Assembly: GCF_001194135.2 (NCBI RefSeq)
Contig: NC_068986.1
Location: 26,087,684 to 26,151,683, forward strand
Source: Octopus bimaculoides
Lineage: Eukaryota
DNA length: 64,000 nt
Reading direction: 5' to 3'
The notes under the pieces are model-generated. The model did not search any database and was not told where the DNA came from. It saw only the letters and a program-made list of their open reading frames with translations. The translations under genes were made by a program, and so were the position numbers. Positions 12,171-25,983 of the stretch are shown here, piece by piece; position 1 is the first letter of the stretch; the number at the start of each line of letters is the position of its first letter.

Positions 12171-13128
12171 ATTATTATTATTATTATTACTATTTATGTA
12201 TTTTAGTTTTGGTAACCATATAAAAGACATGCATATATTTCAACAACGATTAAAGAAACAAATTAGAAAGGATAAATAAAAAAGAAAAAATTGCTAATCG
12301 AAGAACTTATTAAAATACTAATTTGAAAATTATAAATATGGTATCCCTATTGTTACTGTTGATGATGAAGATGATGATGACAATGATGGTGGCAGCAGCA
12401 GTAATACAAGTGGTGGAAGTAATGTTTCCTTAGCTACTTATATAGTAGCAATCCAGTCCAGGATTAAAAAGGAGCTTATGCTGTCTGTTTAAAGCTGAAC
12501 AGTTGGGTCAAACAGAGGACTACACACAACAGATATTTAAACTATGATTCATAAACAGAAATAGATTGACCGTCTGTTCTGTATTAAATACTATAAAAAG
12601 AATAATTGTAGAGCTTGAAGCATTATTCATACATATCCTTAATAAACGTAAAACATTTTCCAGTGATAATAAGATTCAAAATCCTTTACTTGTCTTTTTG
12701 TTATTTTCTTTCACTTGAATTCCATAAAATGTTAAGCTATCCATGCTCTACTGCCCATCTAACTCTTAGAGAGTTTACCAACAAAATGCGCCATAACTGT
12801 TTTTTCTTAAGTTAACAATGGATAGATAAAATTTGTATTTGACTTGAAAAGTGAAACTACACAGCTATTGTTTCAGTAAAATTATTTCATTACAGTGTTT
12901 CAACATGAAAATTCAAAGTTATGCATAAATTGTAGAGCCAGAAAGTTCAAACAAACAGATCCATGGCTCATAGGCATCAGTTCAATTCACACTAAAGTCA
13001 TAGCACTTTACTTTAATTAATTAATGCATGTATGTATGTAGCAGCAACAGACCCAAGCAGTGATTAGGAATAAACAAACTTTAGCTTAGTTAAAATATCG
13101 GTAAATTTGCCTTTAGAAGTTAATATGC

Positions 13129-13215
13129 CACAAACATTTTAACTAACCTAAATTTTATACACATACACACAATTTTGTAATGAGGAATGCCAAATTATTT
13201 TTAAGTATACTGAAA

Positions 13216-13266
<51 letters not shown>

Positions 13267-13378
13267 AAATTTAGGTTAGTTAAAATATGTTTGTGGTATA
13301 TTTTAACTAACCTAAATTTTACACACACACACATTCAGTATCCTTAAAGATAATTTGGCATTCCTCATTACAAAATTA
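13129..13378. repeat. Nested inverted duplication around a (TG)n tract
   Basis: Arrangement A-B-(TG)n-A'-A-B', where A = ttttaactaacctaaatttta(ca)n and B = aattttgtaatgaggaatgccaaattat...actgaa. Confidence 0.8.
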
Positions 13379-15022
13379 AGGACAGCTGGGAAGGAGTCTA
13401 CTTGTAATATACTAGCAAAGAACACAAATATCTGAATTATTTGTCTACCACCCCATTAACAAGACAAAACAGAATTTAGATGGCCAACTAGATAAGGTTC
13501 TACATCAGCGATTCTCAACCATTTTTTTTTTTATCTTTGGATCTCTTTGATTACTATTTTTTTCTGGAGGACCCTCATAGCAATTCAATGCTCTATAAAT
13601 GCATCTTTTAAAACTCCTATTTTGACTGGTACTTTACTTTATCAACCCAAGAAAGACGAAAGGCAAAGTGAACCCTGATAATATTTGAACTCAGAACATA
13701 TAGAATTGTAACCAAATAACTGCAAGGTATTTTGTCTGATGCTGTAACAACAACAATATTACAAAGAGGAAACCACAAACATAATTGAGAATTGATATAA
13801 CTAATTACGTATCTCAATTAAGCTTAGGTAAGTTTGATTTTCAGAAACGTTCAATTACCTTCTAATCAGTTAAAGAAGAGAAAAATCATTAAAAGTAAAC
13901 TCCAGAAGATTTAAAACAACTAATCATTTACATTTTGCCCCTTTCCAGTGAAAAGTAACACATTTTTATTTCATTTGCATTTTTGTTGTGCTCTCATCAT
14001 TGTAATGTTATGAAGAATTATTCTTTATTTATATATTTATATTTTTGTATGTCTTTTAGTGTGTTAGAGTGAGATAATCATTTACAATCATCTCTAAGTT
14101 AAAAAGGTTTGATTTGCTAATGTTTAGGTCATGTTTAGTGTCTTTGATTTTGGTTGATAAATTCCAGACACTGTAATTATAATTTGTCACAAAACTTCTA
14201 TGGTGAAACTCATTCTGAAGTATCTATTAAACAGATTATTTGAATATTGCTTAAAAGATTATTTCACTGCATTGACACTGTTATAATGACCAAGGACACT
14301 TTTGTTATAGTATAAGCCTACCACTTATTCTAACAAATCATTTCTTTTCATTAGTCATACTATTCCCCTAAAATAAAACCATTAGTATAATATAAAATGG
14401 CATACTGTCGCCAAATTGGCCCTCAAATTCATTGCTCCATTCGCAAAAATACAAATGTGAGACGGCTTTTGCAACTTTACTCCTTTGTAATGAAACAGCA
14501 TTATTTTCTATAACGAAAATTATAAGTTGCCTAATAATTCTCTTGAAGCAACTTAAATTGATCTATTAATGAATTTATTTCGTGTGTGTGTGTGTATGTG
14601 TGTGTATGTGTGTGTGTGTGTGTGTGAGTGTGCGTATTGGTTTGGTTTAGAAGAAAGGCTTGTGGCCATGGCCTTCATAGCTGAGACTGATATAGTTGTT
14701 TCCCTCAAAACACACCATACTGCCATAAGAAAGAAAAGACACCTTGGACAATGTACGCCTAGAAAAATAACAGGATGATCATGGCTGGAATGACTGGACT
14801 AAATGACAATGAGGATGAGACAGATTTAAGTTTTCTTTTTTCTGAAACATTGTAGATATCAAACATTCCATATTTTCCAACATCACCACTCCACATGTAT
14901 CAATTTGGGGAATGCCTTTTCTCATTCATGTATTGTGAGACATTTCAAGATGCTTTTACTACTAGAGTGAAGGAATCATGCTGTGTCCCTCTTGAATGGC
15001 TATTTTAGCTCTGGATGATTAA

Positions 15023-15236
15023 CCCTTTCATTACTGTATTTATTTTGAAATGCTCTGTGGTACTTTCAGTTACTTTAAATATAACAAAGAATTTAGTAAA
15101 ATAACTTAGTCATCATTCAGTGAGTGTTAGGAACATAAATTGTAACTAAGGTTTGGTGGAAGATTTTAATTCAAAACTTATGAATACAAGACATATGTAC
15201 TCAGAGCCAGCTTCAGCTGGGTTGGTAACAAAAGGG
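15023..15236. mobile_element. piggyBac-like MITE (TTAA|CCCTTT...AAAGGG); related fragments at ~10046-10190 and ~26313-26480
   Basis: Left end ttaaccctttcattac and right end gtaacaaaaggg; related interior sequence (aataatgaagaat, ttaacatg, gaaggttttaatt) in the other copies. Confidence 0.55.
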
Positions 15237-15419
15237 ACCCAACTTTAAGTTTTACATTTGTTTCTCCTAAGATTATAAAAATTAGTATATCGATTATTAC
15301 AAAATAATAATCACATTAGATACTTAAACCTTCATAATAGTTTGAAAGCTGAAACACTTTTATGAATTGTATAATTAAGTGACATCTATAACATAACATT
15401 GTATTACATAGCTCTACAG

Positions 15420-15858
15420 TAGTGGTTCTTAATTTGGTTAGTAACATACTTTTAGGGGTGTTGTTAGCTCACATGAGATGGCAGATATCAAGGGGTGTTA
15501 TGGCAAATACTGGATGTTTAGAGGGCTCACAATTTTTCTTTGAAATAAAACAAACAGGATGCAATACTTATATTTCAAACACATTTCTAAAAAAACTTTG
15601 TCAGGACTAAAATAGGAGTTGGACATTGTATTATACAAATTCTCATCTTTTTTAGCAATTTACATAAAAAAAGTGGCATATGTTGGATGGATTACAATAA
15701 GAAATTATGGATAATAAACCACAGCATCAAAATAACTTCTGTTTGATTAAAACAATTTACAGTAATTTTTTTTTTTTTTCAAAACAAATGTAGAAGGTAT
15801 TTATTAGATGCCATACCATAAAACTAGGTACTGAGCTACAAAATATTGAGAAACACTG
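15420..15858. mobile_element. hAT (Charlie-like) non-autonomous element
   Basis: Ends tagtggttcttaa...ttgagaaacactg resemble CAGTGGTTCTCAA TIRs; degenerate 8-bp flanks ctctacag/ccttacag. Confidence 0.55.
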
Positions 15859-16199
15859 GCCTTACAGCTACTAATTAAATTATTTAGTATATTGTTGTTT
15901 ATTCTTTTTTAATAAAACCTAGTCACCCATAATTTAGACTCACAAGGTGTGATAATCAATAGGTCTCTGTTATTTCAACCATCACTGCTGAGTGCACTAA
16001 TGGTATTTACAAGGGTAGGTAAATGACACTCGAAAATAGCAACTTGTTTCATATTCTGCCTTCAGCAGATGACCAACAAAGCAAGAATGTACTACTAAAG
16101 CTGAATTACTTAACAACAAAAAAACCAAGGTCATAATAAATGGATTCATAGCAACCATCAGCATAGATCAGCATAAATCAGCATTTGAACATTAACTAT

Positions 16200-16680
16200 G
16201 TTGGGATCTTTTCTCACTTTGGAAGGAATCTCTAGAGAAGGTGGTGTGTAATAGAATAAGCAAGAATAAGTGAAGTTGTGAAAGAATCTTTGCCCTAAAT
16301 AGTCTAACACTAGCAGAAGGATCACGAAACTATATTTTAGTTTGTGTTATCTTGTGAGATGTGGATGTGGACAGTGCTTTCCACTTGCAGTGCGTTCTTA
16401 AAATTCTTCAAGTAACATGCTGGTATGCTAGAAAGGTACTGACTTGATGAGAAAAATACAGAAAATACAGAGGAAATCTTTGTCTTTAGGAAGAGAAGCC
16501 TGCAGAAATAACACTAGAATGATTCTTAGGAAATAATAAAAGAAAGGGGAGACAGCTAAAATGCCAAAGAAGATTTGAGGCAGATGCAGTCTGAAAGTAA
16601 GTTGTTTGATTGGCTGAATGTAATCATAGCCATTGAAGAAACTCTGTTGTCTGATACTCTGGTGAGAGCAAGAATTAACA
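16200..16680 (+). mobile_element. Possible decayed RTE-clade LINE reverse-transcriptase C-terminal fragment
   Basis: Broken frames suggest Y-CE-W (tatcttgtgagatgtgg) and W..RKVL motifs typical of the RTE RT thumb region; many stops. Confidence 0.35.
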
Positions 16681-19600
16681 AAACTTAAATTTCAAAAAAT
16701 AACATGTCAGTCATGCTGTCACTTAGTTGTTATTTTCATAGAATATGCATATTTGTAATTCTGTATGTGTAAACAACGTATAGACCCATAGCACTGAATA
16801 TATTTTATTTGCTAAATATTTATCTAAATGCTATTTGTGTAATTTTTCCAAAACAAATTTCAGCAACCAATTACTAATCTGAATTTCACATTAAATTATC
16901 AAAAGAGAAATATTTTGTTGTATTAAAATTAGTACCTGCAATCTTAATATGTCTTTAAAAAACCAATTTCATTGCCATCTTTAGAAGAGTCATTAAATTA
17001 ATGTATTCTGCTATTTGCTATTTGATTTGAAAGTAATAACTAGTCTTTAGATGCTATGTTCCGCAACTAGTATTTATTACAATATTTATCAAAGTTTTTG
17101 CAGTCATTATTGCAGCATTAAAAGCAAAAGTAGCCCAACATTAACATAAAATAAAGTAATGCCAGGTAACAGACATAGCAAAAAGGAAATGTATACAAAT
17201 AATGAAAGCTAATTTTGTGTATTTTTTGACAAATATATTTTGTATATATCTGATGAATATGCACACTTTCTGCATATATTCAACTGACCATCTCAAAACT
17301 CATGTAAGAGCATTGACTCTTACATAATTACATATATAATTGTATGTAATCATGTAGAACAAGCCACATTAGATCAGATTTTTTGGAATTTGATATAAAA
17401 ACATTCAAATAAGCATTATCTCAATTATTTTTAACTTCTTTCTTTTTTAAAACATTTTGTCTGCATCTATTGTCTTAGCACTTGAAATATAAGTTAGTTC
17501 GGTTAGCTTTCAGATATCTGCATATGTTTGAATATTTTTTTTATTAGTGTGAGGACATAGTGTATAAGTGAATGCACACACAACTGTTTCTTAGATTTAA
17601 ATATTTGTATTGAATGTAAGAATAGATATTTTAGAGTGGAATACTCTCCCTAACTCTGACTATGGAACAGAACAAACAACTATCTTTCAGCAAGACAGAC
17701 TGAGAAAAGGAGAATAAGATTAAATATAAAAAAATAAAAAAGATTAATACGTTCCTCTGAGTAGAATGCAACATAGGCTGGAAAAATTTGTGCATATTTG
17801 CCAAATAACATCTTCCCTTGAAGTGAAATACAATATTTGATCAAGAACAGATCTGTCTAAATCTTACTTGTCTTGTGCCACAAGCTGACAACTGCCAGGT
17901 CAAATATCTTTTACTCAGCTCGTGTTATCTATTTTATCCTAATCAGAGTAACCACTTCTCTCCTGCACAGCAAGCAAAGCTTTTAATACAAAATTGTTTA
18001 TTTTCGCTAGTTTGCAGATGCACAAATATGAGTGATGTATATCTGTACAATCAAATATATTGCATTCTGGCAGCAGGTCATTATCTTTGGAACTCTTCCT
18101 AGAGCAAACCATCTTTTCATGGAATGTTACTTGTCTTCTATCTATCAAGTGTGAAGGAAATGATATAAGGTTTAAAGTTTCTGGAAAGTAATTCTGAAGT
18201 CAAGAATTTTAAGTCTTCAGTTCTTGTTAATGCTAAAAAGATACATCAAGTTCAATTTAAATTGAATTTAAGATAGTAAAAATAAATTTCAAATCTATTA
18301 ATCTAAGGAAACAAGCCACAGTCTGTGTGCCAATTCCTAAGGTAAATTCACTGATCTTACTAACTTTCTATATATCGTCCTCACCATTAACATCTCAAAA
18401 GATGTTAGCAATAAGGGTGGTATATAGATATCAACTTGCAGATGACCAAGCTAGGCATCAGTTGCCAAACAATCACCAATGTTGAAGGGACAGCAAATGT
18501 CATAAGTAATGAAAAAAAAACAAACTATTCTTATATCTTATATCTTTATCACTGTCTAAACAGAGGTGGAAGCAAATTCAGTCAAAACAAAAATTGGAAA
18601 AATTTTATATGAATCATTTAAAATTAAGGGAGACCATTATAAGAATAGCAAAGGTGATGAAATTAAGAGGAAAGAAAAAGAGCAGTTGGCTTTTCACCTG
18701 AAAAAAAAACTAAAAAACAAAACAAAAAAAAAAACTAATAAGGAAACCTCTAAAATTTAAGTACAAAGACAACCCCATGAGAGAGCCTCTAGGCAGTTAC
18801 TTAACTTGTGAGAAATAACAACCAAACTGATCTCAACTCAAAATGTTAAGTGTTTAAAAAGGAAGGACACACTGAACAATGTAATCCTTGGTATAAAAAA
18901 TAAAAGATGCAATGGTTATGACTGAAGAGACTCTTGATCAAAGGCCTGTCCAATCAGGGCTGATCTGGGGGTGAAATGACAATTACTTAAATACCAAATT
19001 CTTCGTTTATTTGCAATTGATGTCCAGTTTAGTTTTGTATCCACACTAGAGATAATGTGATCATGCTAATCAATGTAAAAAGCTGAATTGACAGGGTTGT
19101 GGTCTGTTTTATTACTGTGATAATTTTGAATAATGTAGTCATGACCATATAGTTAATAACTATACAATTACACAGTTCAACTCCAATGTGCAGCACCTTG
19201 GGTAAGTACTTTCTACTAGATTATTGTGTTAACTCCCAGCTTTATAAGTGTAACTGAGTAGATGGAAACTGTATAGAAGCCTGCTAGATAAACTGTATCG
19301 GTTTTTGGGAAGTAAACTTAATCTACCACCTACTTTAACACCACCACTTGGTCTTTGAGTATTGTTAGTGAAGTTTATTGTTCCAAGTATTTGGACAAGA
19401 TCTCTTATCTGAGTTTAACCCAGCACTTTGATATGCTACATCAACTTATGAATCAGTTTCTTCCACCTTTTCCTCCTACTAATTCAGAGGCCACAGAGGA
19501 TTATGGGCACTCCATTTTCTCCTCTGACAAAAGAAAAAGTTGTTTTCAACCCAAGTTAGTCTGATTAAGTAAACCAAAGATCAAAAGTGTTCTGGGTAAG

Positions 19601-20288
19601 AGCATCTTGTCTTTTTTCTTTTTTTCAGGCATAGTGTATCTAGGACTCTATTATCCAATATATCTTGCCTCTTTCTAGGTTGCAATTTGAGACAGATTTA
19701 GCTGCTAGTTCTACTAAGTTGTGGAGCCACATACAAACTTCCTCATTAGCTGACAAATATAATAACAGTTTTACAAACTAGTTATAAATAAAATCAAATT
19801 ACTATGCCATTGTGTTGAATTCGATATTTTTTTTTGTTGTAAAACCAAAAATATATTCTTGATACTTGATGTGAGAGCTTAAAAACAGAAAGAATCAACA
19901 ACAGAGGAAATATATTTCTCACTGGTAATGAACAAAGTGGTTTTGAAACGATACATTTAGGAACTGGATACAATGACATCCAAGAGCCAACAGATGAGTT
20001 ATTTCTAAGATAATTGATGGGTACTGAAAGAAAACGAGAACTAATCACCAAAAACCCAAAGTAGAAACAAACTGAGTTATTTTTGTTCACAAAGATGTTG
20101 TACAAGTGCTTTAGTGTAAAGTTATCAAATGGAATAAAATTACATAATTCTAATAAGCACATCGACTAAGAGAGATATTTATCTAGACTAATGGCGTACA
20201 TGAAAATGTTGGTAGACATTATCTGCGAGACAAAAATAATTCAATATGATACAATCACATTTTTGAGAGTTGAACCAAATTTGAAAAA

Positions 20289-20488
20289 CCATATTTGATG
20301 GCATATAAGATGGTCGTTTTTTTTAAAAAAAAAAACAATGTCTCTCAAAAATTCATCCTGGATCCTATACACAAAGTTGGGCCTCCCATAAGCTTTAAGG
20401 CACTAAAAACTATTTTTTCCTGAATATGCACTGCTGAAATTGGGATGCATCTAATATGTTTGCGCATCTTTCATGCTAACAAATACAG
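20289..20488. mobile_element. pogo-like MITE (~200 bp), 65 nt into the intron after the 20554 donor
   Basis: Left TIR CCATATTTGATGGCATATAAGATG and right TIR (rc) CTGTATTTGTTAGCATGAAAGATG match at 18/24; TA follows the right end. Confidence 0.65.
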
Positions 20489-20553
20489 TAAGTACATGTT
20501 TTAACTATACCAATTAAGAAAACTAAACGAAAAAAAAAAAAAATTCCCCTTAC

Positions 20554-20736
20554 CTCTCTGTGGAAATCCTTATTGGTGAAAAGGTTTAATTCTTCCCCCA
20601 TGATTTCTTGCTGGTTCAGCACATCCTGGTAGTCCATCTCCTTGATGATACCGGGGTCATCAATACCGTTAGCTTTCAGAAACTCCATGTAGGCAACCTG
20701 GAATGCCTGCCCAATAGACTGGGCAATTAGTTGAGC
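20554..20736 (-). CDS. lin-10: X11/Mint/LIN-10 coding exon, PTB C-terminal helix and linker: AQLIAQSIGQAFQVAYMEFLKANGIDDPGIIKEMDYQDVLNQQEIMGEELNLFTNKDFHRE (61 codons)
   Basis: Acceptor tttcAG at 20738-20737, donor GAG|GTAAGG at 20553; 183 nt. AQLIAQSIGQAF directly follows HVFESDE in APBA proteins, so the intron 20737-59443 is 38.7 kb. Confidence 0.96.
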
Positions 20737-21301
20737 CTGAAATAATAAATTTATAAATACTCCTCTATATATAAAAATAAAAAAATTGCATAACTTTACA
20801 AATAAATAGTAATTTTCCTTAATTAAACCATCACCATCATCATTTCACTTCCATTTACCATGCTGGCATGGTGCTAAAATATAAAGTAAAAATAATAACA
20901 TTCTTATGACAATTTCCTGAGACATTGGTCCCAACACATATCTGAAATGAAAGTCTAAAATCTCAACCCCTGAGGGATTCAAAATCAGAGAATACAAAAA
21001 TTGAGATAAATACTGAAAGGTATTTAGTCCAGTGTACCACTTCACTGCTTCATTACTTGTGATAGATTTTCTACACTGCAGAACTAGTTTTTCATAGAAC
21101 ACACACACACATACAAACTTGTCTGAGCCCAACACATCATTGTGTAATAATATAACAGACAAAAAATAAGGAATAAAACTATGTTTAAAAATAAGACAAA
21201 TCATGACAAGTGGGCTTCTACAGAAGTTACTCAATCTAGTACTACTGCATGTAAATCTACCCACTGAAACAAATCATTCCTGTCAGAAATGGCTTGAATA
21301 T

Positions 21302-21378
21302 TAACACCTAGTTTTACTTAGTATAACACCTAGTTTTACTTAGTGTAACATCTAGTTTTACTTAGTGTAATATCTAAC
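21302..21378. repeat. 22-bp minisatellite, about 3.5 copies
   Basis: taacacctagttttacttagt(a/g) repeated. Confidence 0.85.
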
Positions 21379-23098
21379 AAAGCAGATTGAAAGATATAGT
21401 TTGATCAATGAAAACCATTCAAGATCTAATAAATCTTATAATAGAAATATAAAAATATATATATATAGATACACAAACATACATACACCTATTGCTTGCA
21501 TGCAAACATATACACATGTGCAAACTTACAGTGAAGTAAGATAGCATTTTCACACTGCTGGCTTTTTTTCTTCTTTATTTCGTCAAGAGAACTTAAATAA
21601 TTTTTAAAAGCAGTACACACACACAGACTTTGATTTTAATACTAAAGGAACTAAGATCATACATACAAAGTTTTTGATTTCTTTACTGAATTGATATTTT
21701 CCAAAAAATGTTTCTCCCTCAATTTTTTTTTTTTTTGTTACACTTGAAAAGAAAATGCCTAATACCAGTGGTCCTTCTTAACAAAATACTACTAAGCATT
21801 ATAAGCACCAATTTGAGACAGTTAAGTGTATCAGGTCCAGAGTGAAAGCGTTACCACATATACTACAGTGTATGCCATGCCTTGAATTTGGTACCATAAA
21901 ACTATTTCCCACTATTTTAACATTTTTACTATTTATTTTAATTCTATTATTTTTTCTCCATATGATAATTCATTATTAATGCCAGTGGAGTAGATAGGAA
22001 TTGCTAATAATGTTCAACAGAACAAAATATCCCACCTCAGTTTGATGAAAAATAACCTAATTTAAATATATAAGGAAATAAATTAACTCGAGATTTTTGG
22101 CAGAAAATAATGTTAGACAATTTTGTTTCTAATATTCCTAATATTCTAAACTTGTAATTTAAATACGCTTATATGAATAAATAACTACATTGTGAGAATA
22201 CTATTTCAAAACTTTATTAGAGTTTCCATGGGTATTTTTGTTGTTAAAAAAAAATTGTTACAGTTTATGATAAATATCTTTAAAAAGCTGTGTCAAACTA
22301 TGTAAATTCTCTCACTGCCAAAAAATAAACCCCAGAGGCATTCATTAAATTACCTTGGTGAATATCTTTTATCTTTTCGTCAGGAGGGCAGACAGAACTC
22401 ATGACTAGTTGTAGGGTCTGTTGGGAAGAAGGTATCCGCAACCCCAGGTGAGAATGCATGAAACTGTACTCAATAAAGGGAGTTATGAAAAACTATTGAA
22501 GGAAAGGAAAATGGTTGCTGTTGACAAAGAATAATGTTCAACAGAAATACCACATTGGCCAACTTTGCCTTTTATATTACTGGGGTTGATAAAAAAGTCT
22601 TGTAATCCAAGACAGTGGATTGGTAAAGTGGATGCCTTGTGGTACTTGTGAATTTCTAGAATAATTAGCTGTGGAAACATCCCTAGAAAGAACAGGACAC
22701 ACCTTTAGATTCTGATTTTTTTTTCTTTCACAACTTTGCAACCAAGCATGTGGCTGGTCAATAAAAACAGAGTGAGAGATGGCTAACACTCAGTCATTAA
22801 TTAAAAGTCTCTTATCAAATGATTTCCTATATTCCGTAAAAGGATGTTTGTGAGCCATTGTTACTCAGTTTGATGTATTGAGTACTCTCTACTTTATTTC
22901 ATAAATCTCCAACTAACTCTCTTTCACACACACTGCAATAATTCTTTATTTTTATTACAGTAATTGATTTTCCTTAAATGTTGAGAGATAGAGAGAGAGA
23001 GAGGAGTAAGTATATAACTAATGGAAATATATAATTAATAGAATACTGTTAGCACTAAAACCAATATTATAAACATTCTTTTGTCTTCAAAACAACAA

Positions 23099-23148
<50 letters not shown>

Positions 23149-25947
23149 GACAACAGTGAATGACAGAATCAGCAGAACATTGAACAAAGTACCTTGCAAT
23201 ATTTAATTATGTCCTGTTTATGTTTTTAGTTTAAAATCCTGCAGGAATTAATGCTGTCATTCATGTTTGCAGGGTGGGTAATATAATACCAATCAAATAT
23301 TGTGGTTGATTAAATCGACAGTGTCCTCTCTAAAATTGTGTGACCTTATGTCAATGTAAGAAATCAATATATAATGGACATTTATCAACAACAAAGGCTA
23401 AGACATTTCTTTTATTTCTTATTATTTCATTTTGTTTTTTTATCAGTAACTGTTACCCATAACTAATGTAACACAGAATATTCTGAACCATATATTTTAG
23501 AACACACACACACATGTGTCACCGTAAAGCAAATATTTCTAAGGAAACAAAAACAGTGATTATGTTTTGGAAGCTAGATATTTATAAAGCAAGGAATTTT
23601 GGTTCTCTCGGCAGTCTTCAAAATTTCTTCACCTCTCCTTCAAAACATCCATATTTTCTCTTTCAGGAATACTGCTTAAGACTTGAGCTACTATTGCTTA
23701 TATGTGTTGGACTGTATTCAAAATAGAGTCAATTGTTTGGCAAGTCTTTAATCACAGAGAACCACTAATCTCACTAACTGTTGAACTAGATATTTTTGTT
23801 GTTGTTGTTGTTTTAATTCCATTACTACAAACAGAATGTGCCACAGCATTCTTATTTGAGAAGCTGTGAGTTTTTATCCAATCAGAGCACTATATTATTC
23901 TTTCTTGTCTTATAACTAACATATCAGCAGAACAGGAAAAACAGAGAGAAAGTAAGTTAGCAATGGAGACAACAATAGCTGGAAACATATGATTAATAAT
24001 GTAGTAATGTATAATAACCAAGATAAACTCAACTAACATTAAAATAAATATATGGCTTTGACATGGAATTCATACTGAGCCAATTAGTTTCCACGTTATA
24101 AGAGACAAGAAAAATAAAACACCAAAGATATCTGTTTAGCTCAAGCAGCAAAGGATCCTCTACATGGTTGCTCAACATGTTAGAAATAGGAGCAAAAGCA
24201 CCCTTAAATCATATCTCAGCATCTTAGGAAAGGACACATGGGATAATGTACACATAAGGTCTTAGCACATACAAAAAAGATGGGATGGTTATAGTTAGAA
24301 TTACTTCTTATTGCGGATCAATTCAGATAGGGCTGGCCTATGGTTAAGAAACAACAGCCATGCTGACAACTTTTTCATCTCTTTTGATAATGATTAAAAA
24401 AAAACAAAAAAACTCGTCTCCTTTAGAGGCCATTAATAGAAAATGTTCCAGACATGATAAATAATAAGCTTCTGTGATCTTCTTGAATTGAAAGAGAGAG
24501 AGACATGTAGGGAGGATTAATAGACAGACTCTAAAACCAGAAACTATTTCTTCCAATATAAACATTTTATTTCTCTCTATAATAAAGATTCTAATTCCAA
24601 TGTGCTACATGATAACCTAAATAATAATCATAGAATGCTCAAGTAAATCACAACTGCATGTATTCAGACTCTAAATATTGTAATAGCAGCAAACTTTAAT
24701 TACATTCTGAGGTCTAAATTCTAGAGAATACCAGATGAGCAAGATGTGATGTTGAACTGGAACTGGACAGTGTCTATGATTATAGTTGGCCTGTGCCACC
24801 CAACATCAAATGGATATAATGAAAGAGGCACATTATAAGCTCAGTGAGCCATACAAGCATAATATAATTTACAAATGCCTCTTTAGCTTGTAGTGCCGAG
24901 TTTCTTACAAGCCTGATGTCAAACTTGACATAGAGTCTGGGATTTGGGTCTGATTATAGACTCTTTACAATAGTTGTATAACAGTTTATACCACATTAAA
25001 CACATTATGCACAAGTCATCACAAAATGAGGAGAAAGAGAGAGAAAAATAAAGATTGAACCCTAGTTTGCTGTCAAGATATCTCTTTGTATTTTCAAGCT
25101 ATATCACTAAAACAAAAAATATATTTGTGTATAAAGTGATAAATTTAATATAAAATAAATTAGTGTAAAAATTGATATACAAGCTTCATTGCTAGCAGCT
25201 TTGAAACAGCATATATGTGGTGAACGCATCCAATGGCAATTGTTAATTCTGTTAGAATGCTGGTGGTGATGTGTGATTATTGTTTAAAAGTCATTATATA
25301 ATTTAAACAATTACATTTTGAAATGTGGGAACTACATAACGTATACTAGCAGTGGAAAACATTTCCAGAATACATCCTGACAGTAAAAGTATGAATGTGA
25401 AGTCAAAAAGAGACATATTGCTTACAAAACAACATTTAAAGTCATATAATTTGCTGAATAGAAAAAACGTGCAGCCTCTAAGGGAAACATTAAGGATATG
25501 AAGAAAATCTATTAAATAAAAAAAAAAAAAACCAGTGGCTTTTCAACAAAAGTTATTTAAAAACAAAGACCATGTCAGTTTTAGTGTTTGTGTATTAGTT
25601 TTTGTTTTTTGTTGTTTTAAAATTTGCAGTGATTTTGCATTGATTTCTGGAAAAATATCAAAAATGGATGTACTCAAGGATAATGTTGCATAAGAGGATA
25701 AAATAAATTTCTGATTTTCAGTTGTAAAATTTTGGGTATTGCATTATATTTGAGATTGCATTGTACTTGAGCAAAGTATGGTAGATGTAGGTAAATGATG
25801 AAAGCAACTTAATGAAGAATGTAAAAAAAAATTAAAGGCAATGTTTGCTCTTTTAGCTGGAAGTTTATAGCCATTTTATATTACACTCCAACATTTTTCA
25901 ATGATCAAAGCCTTGTGTGTGTGTGTGTGTGCGTGCATGTGCACTCA

Positions 25948-25983
<36 letters not shown>

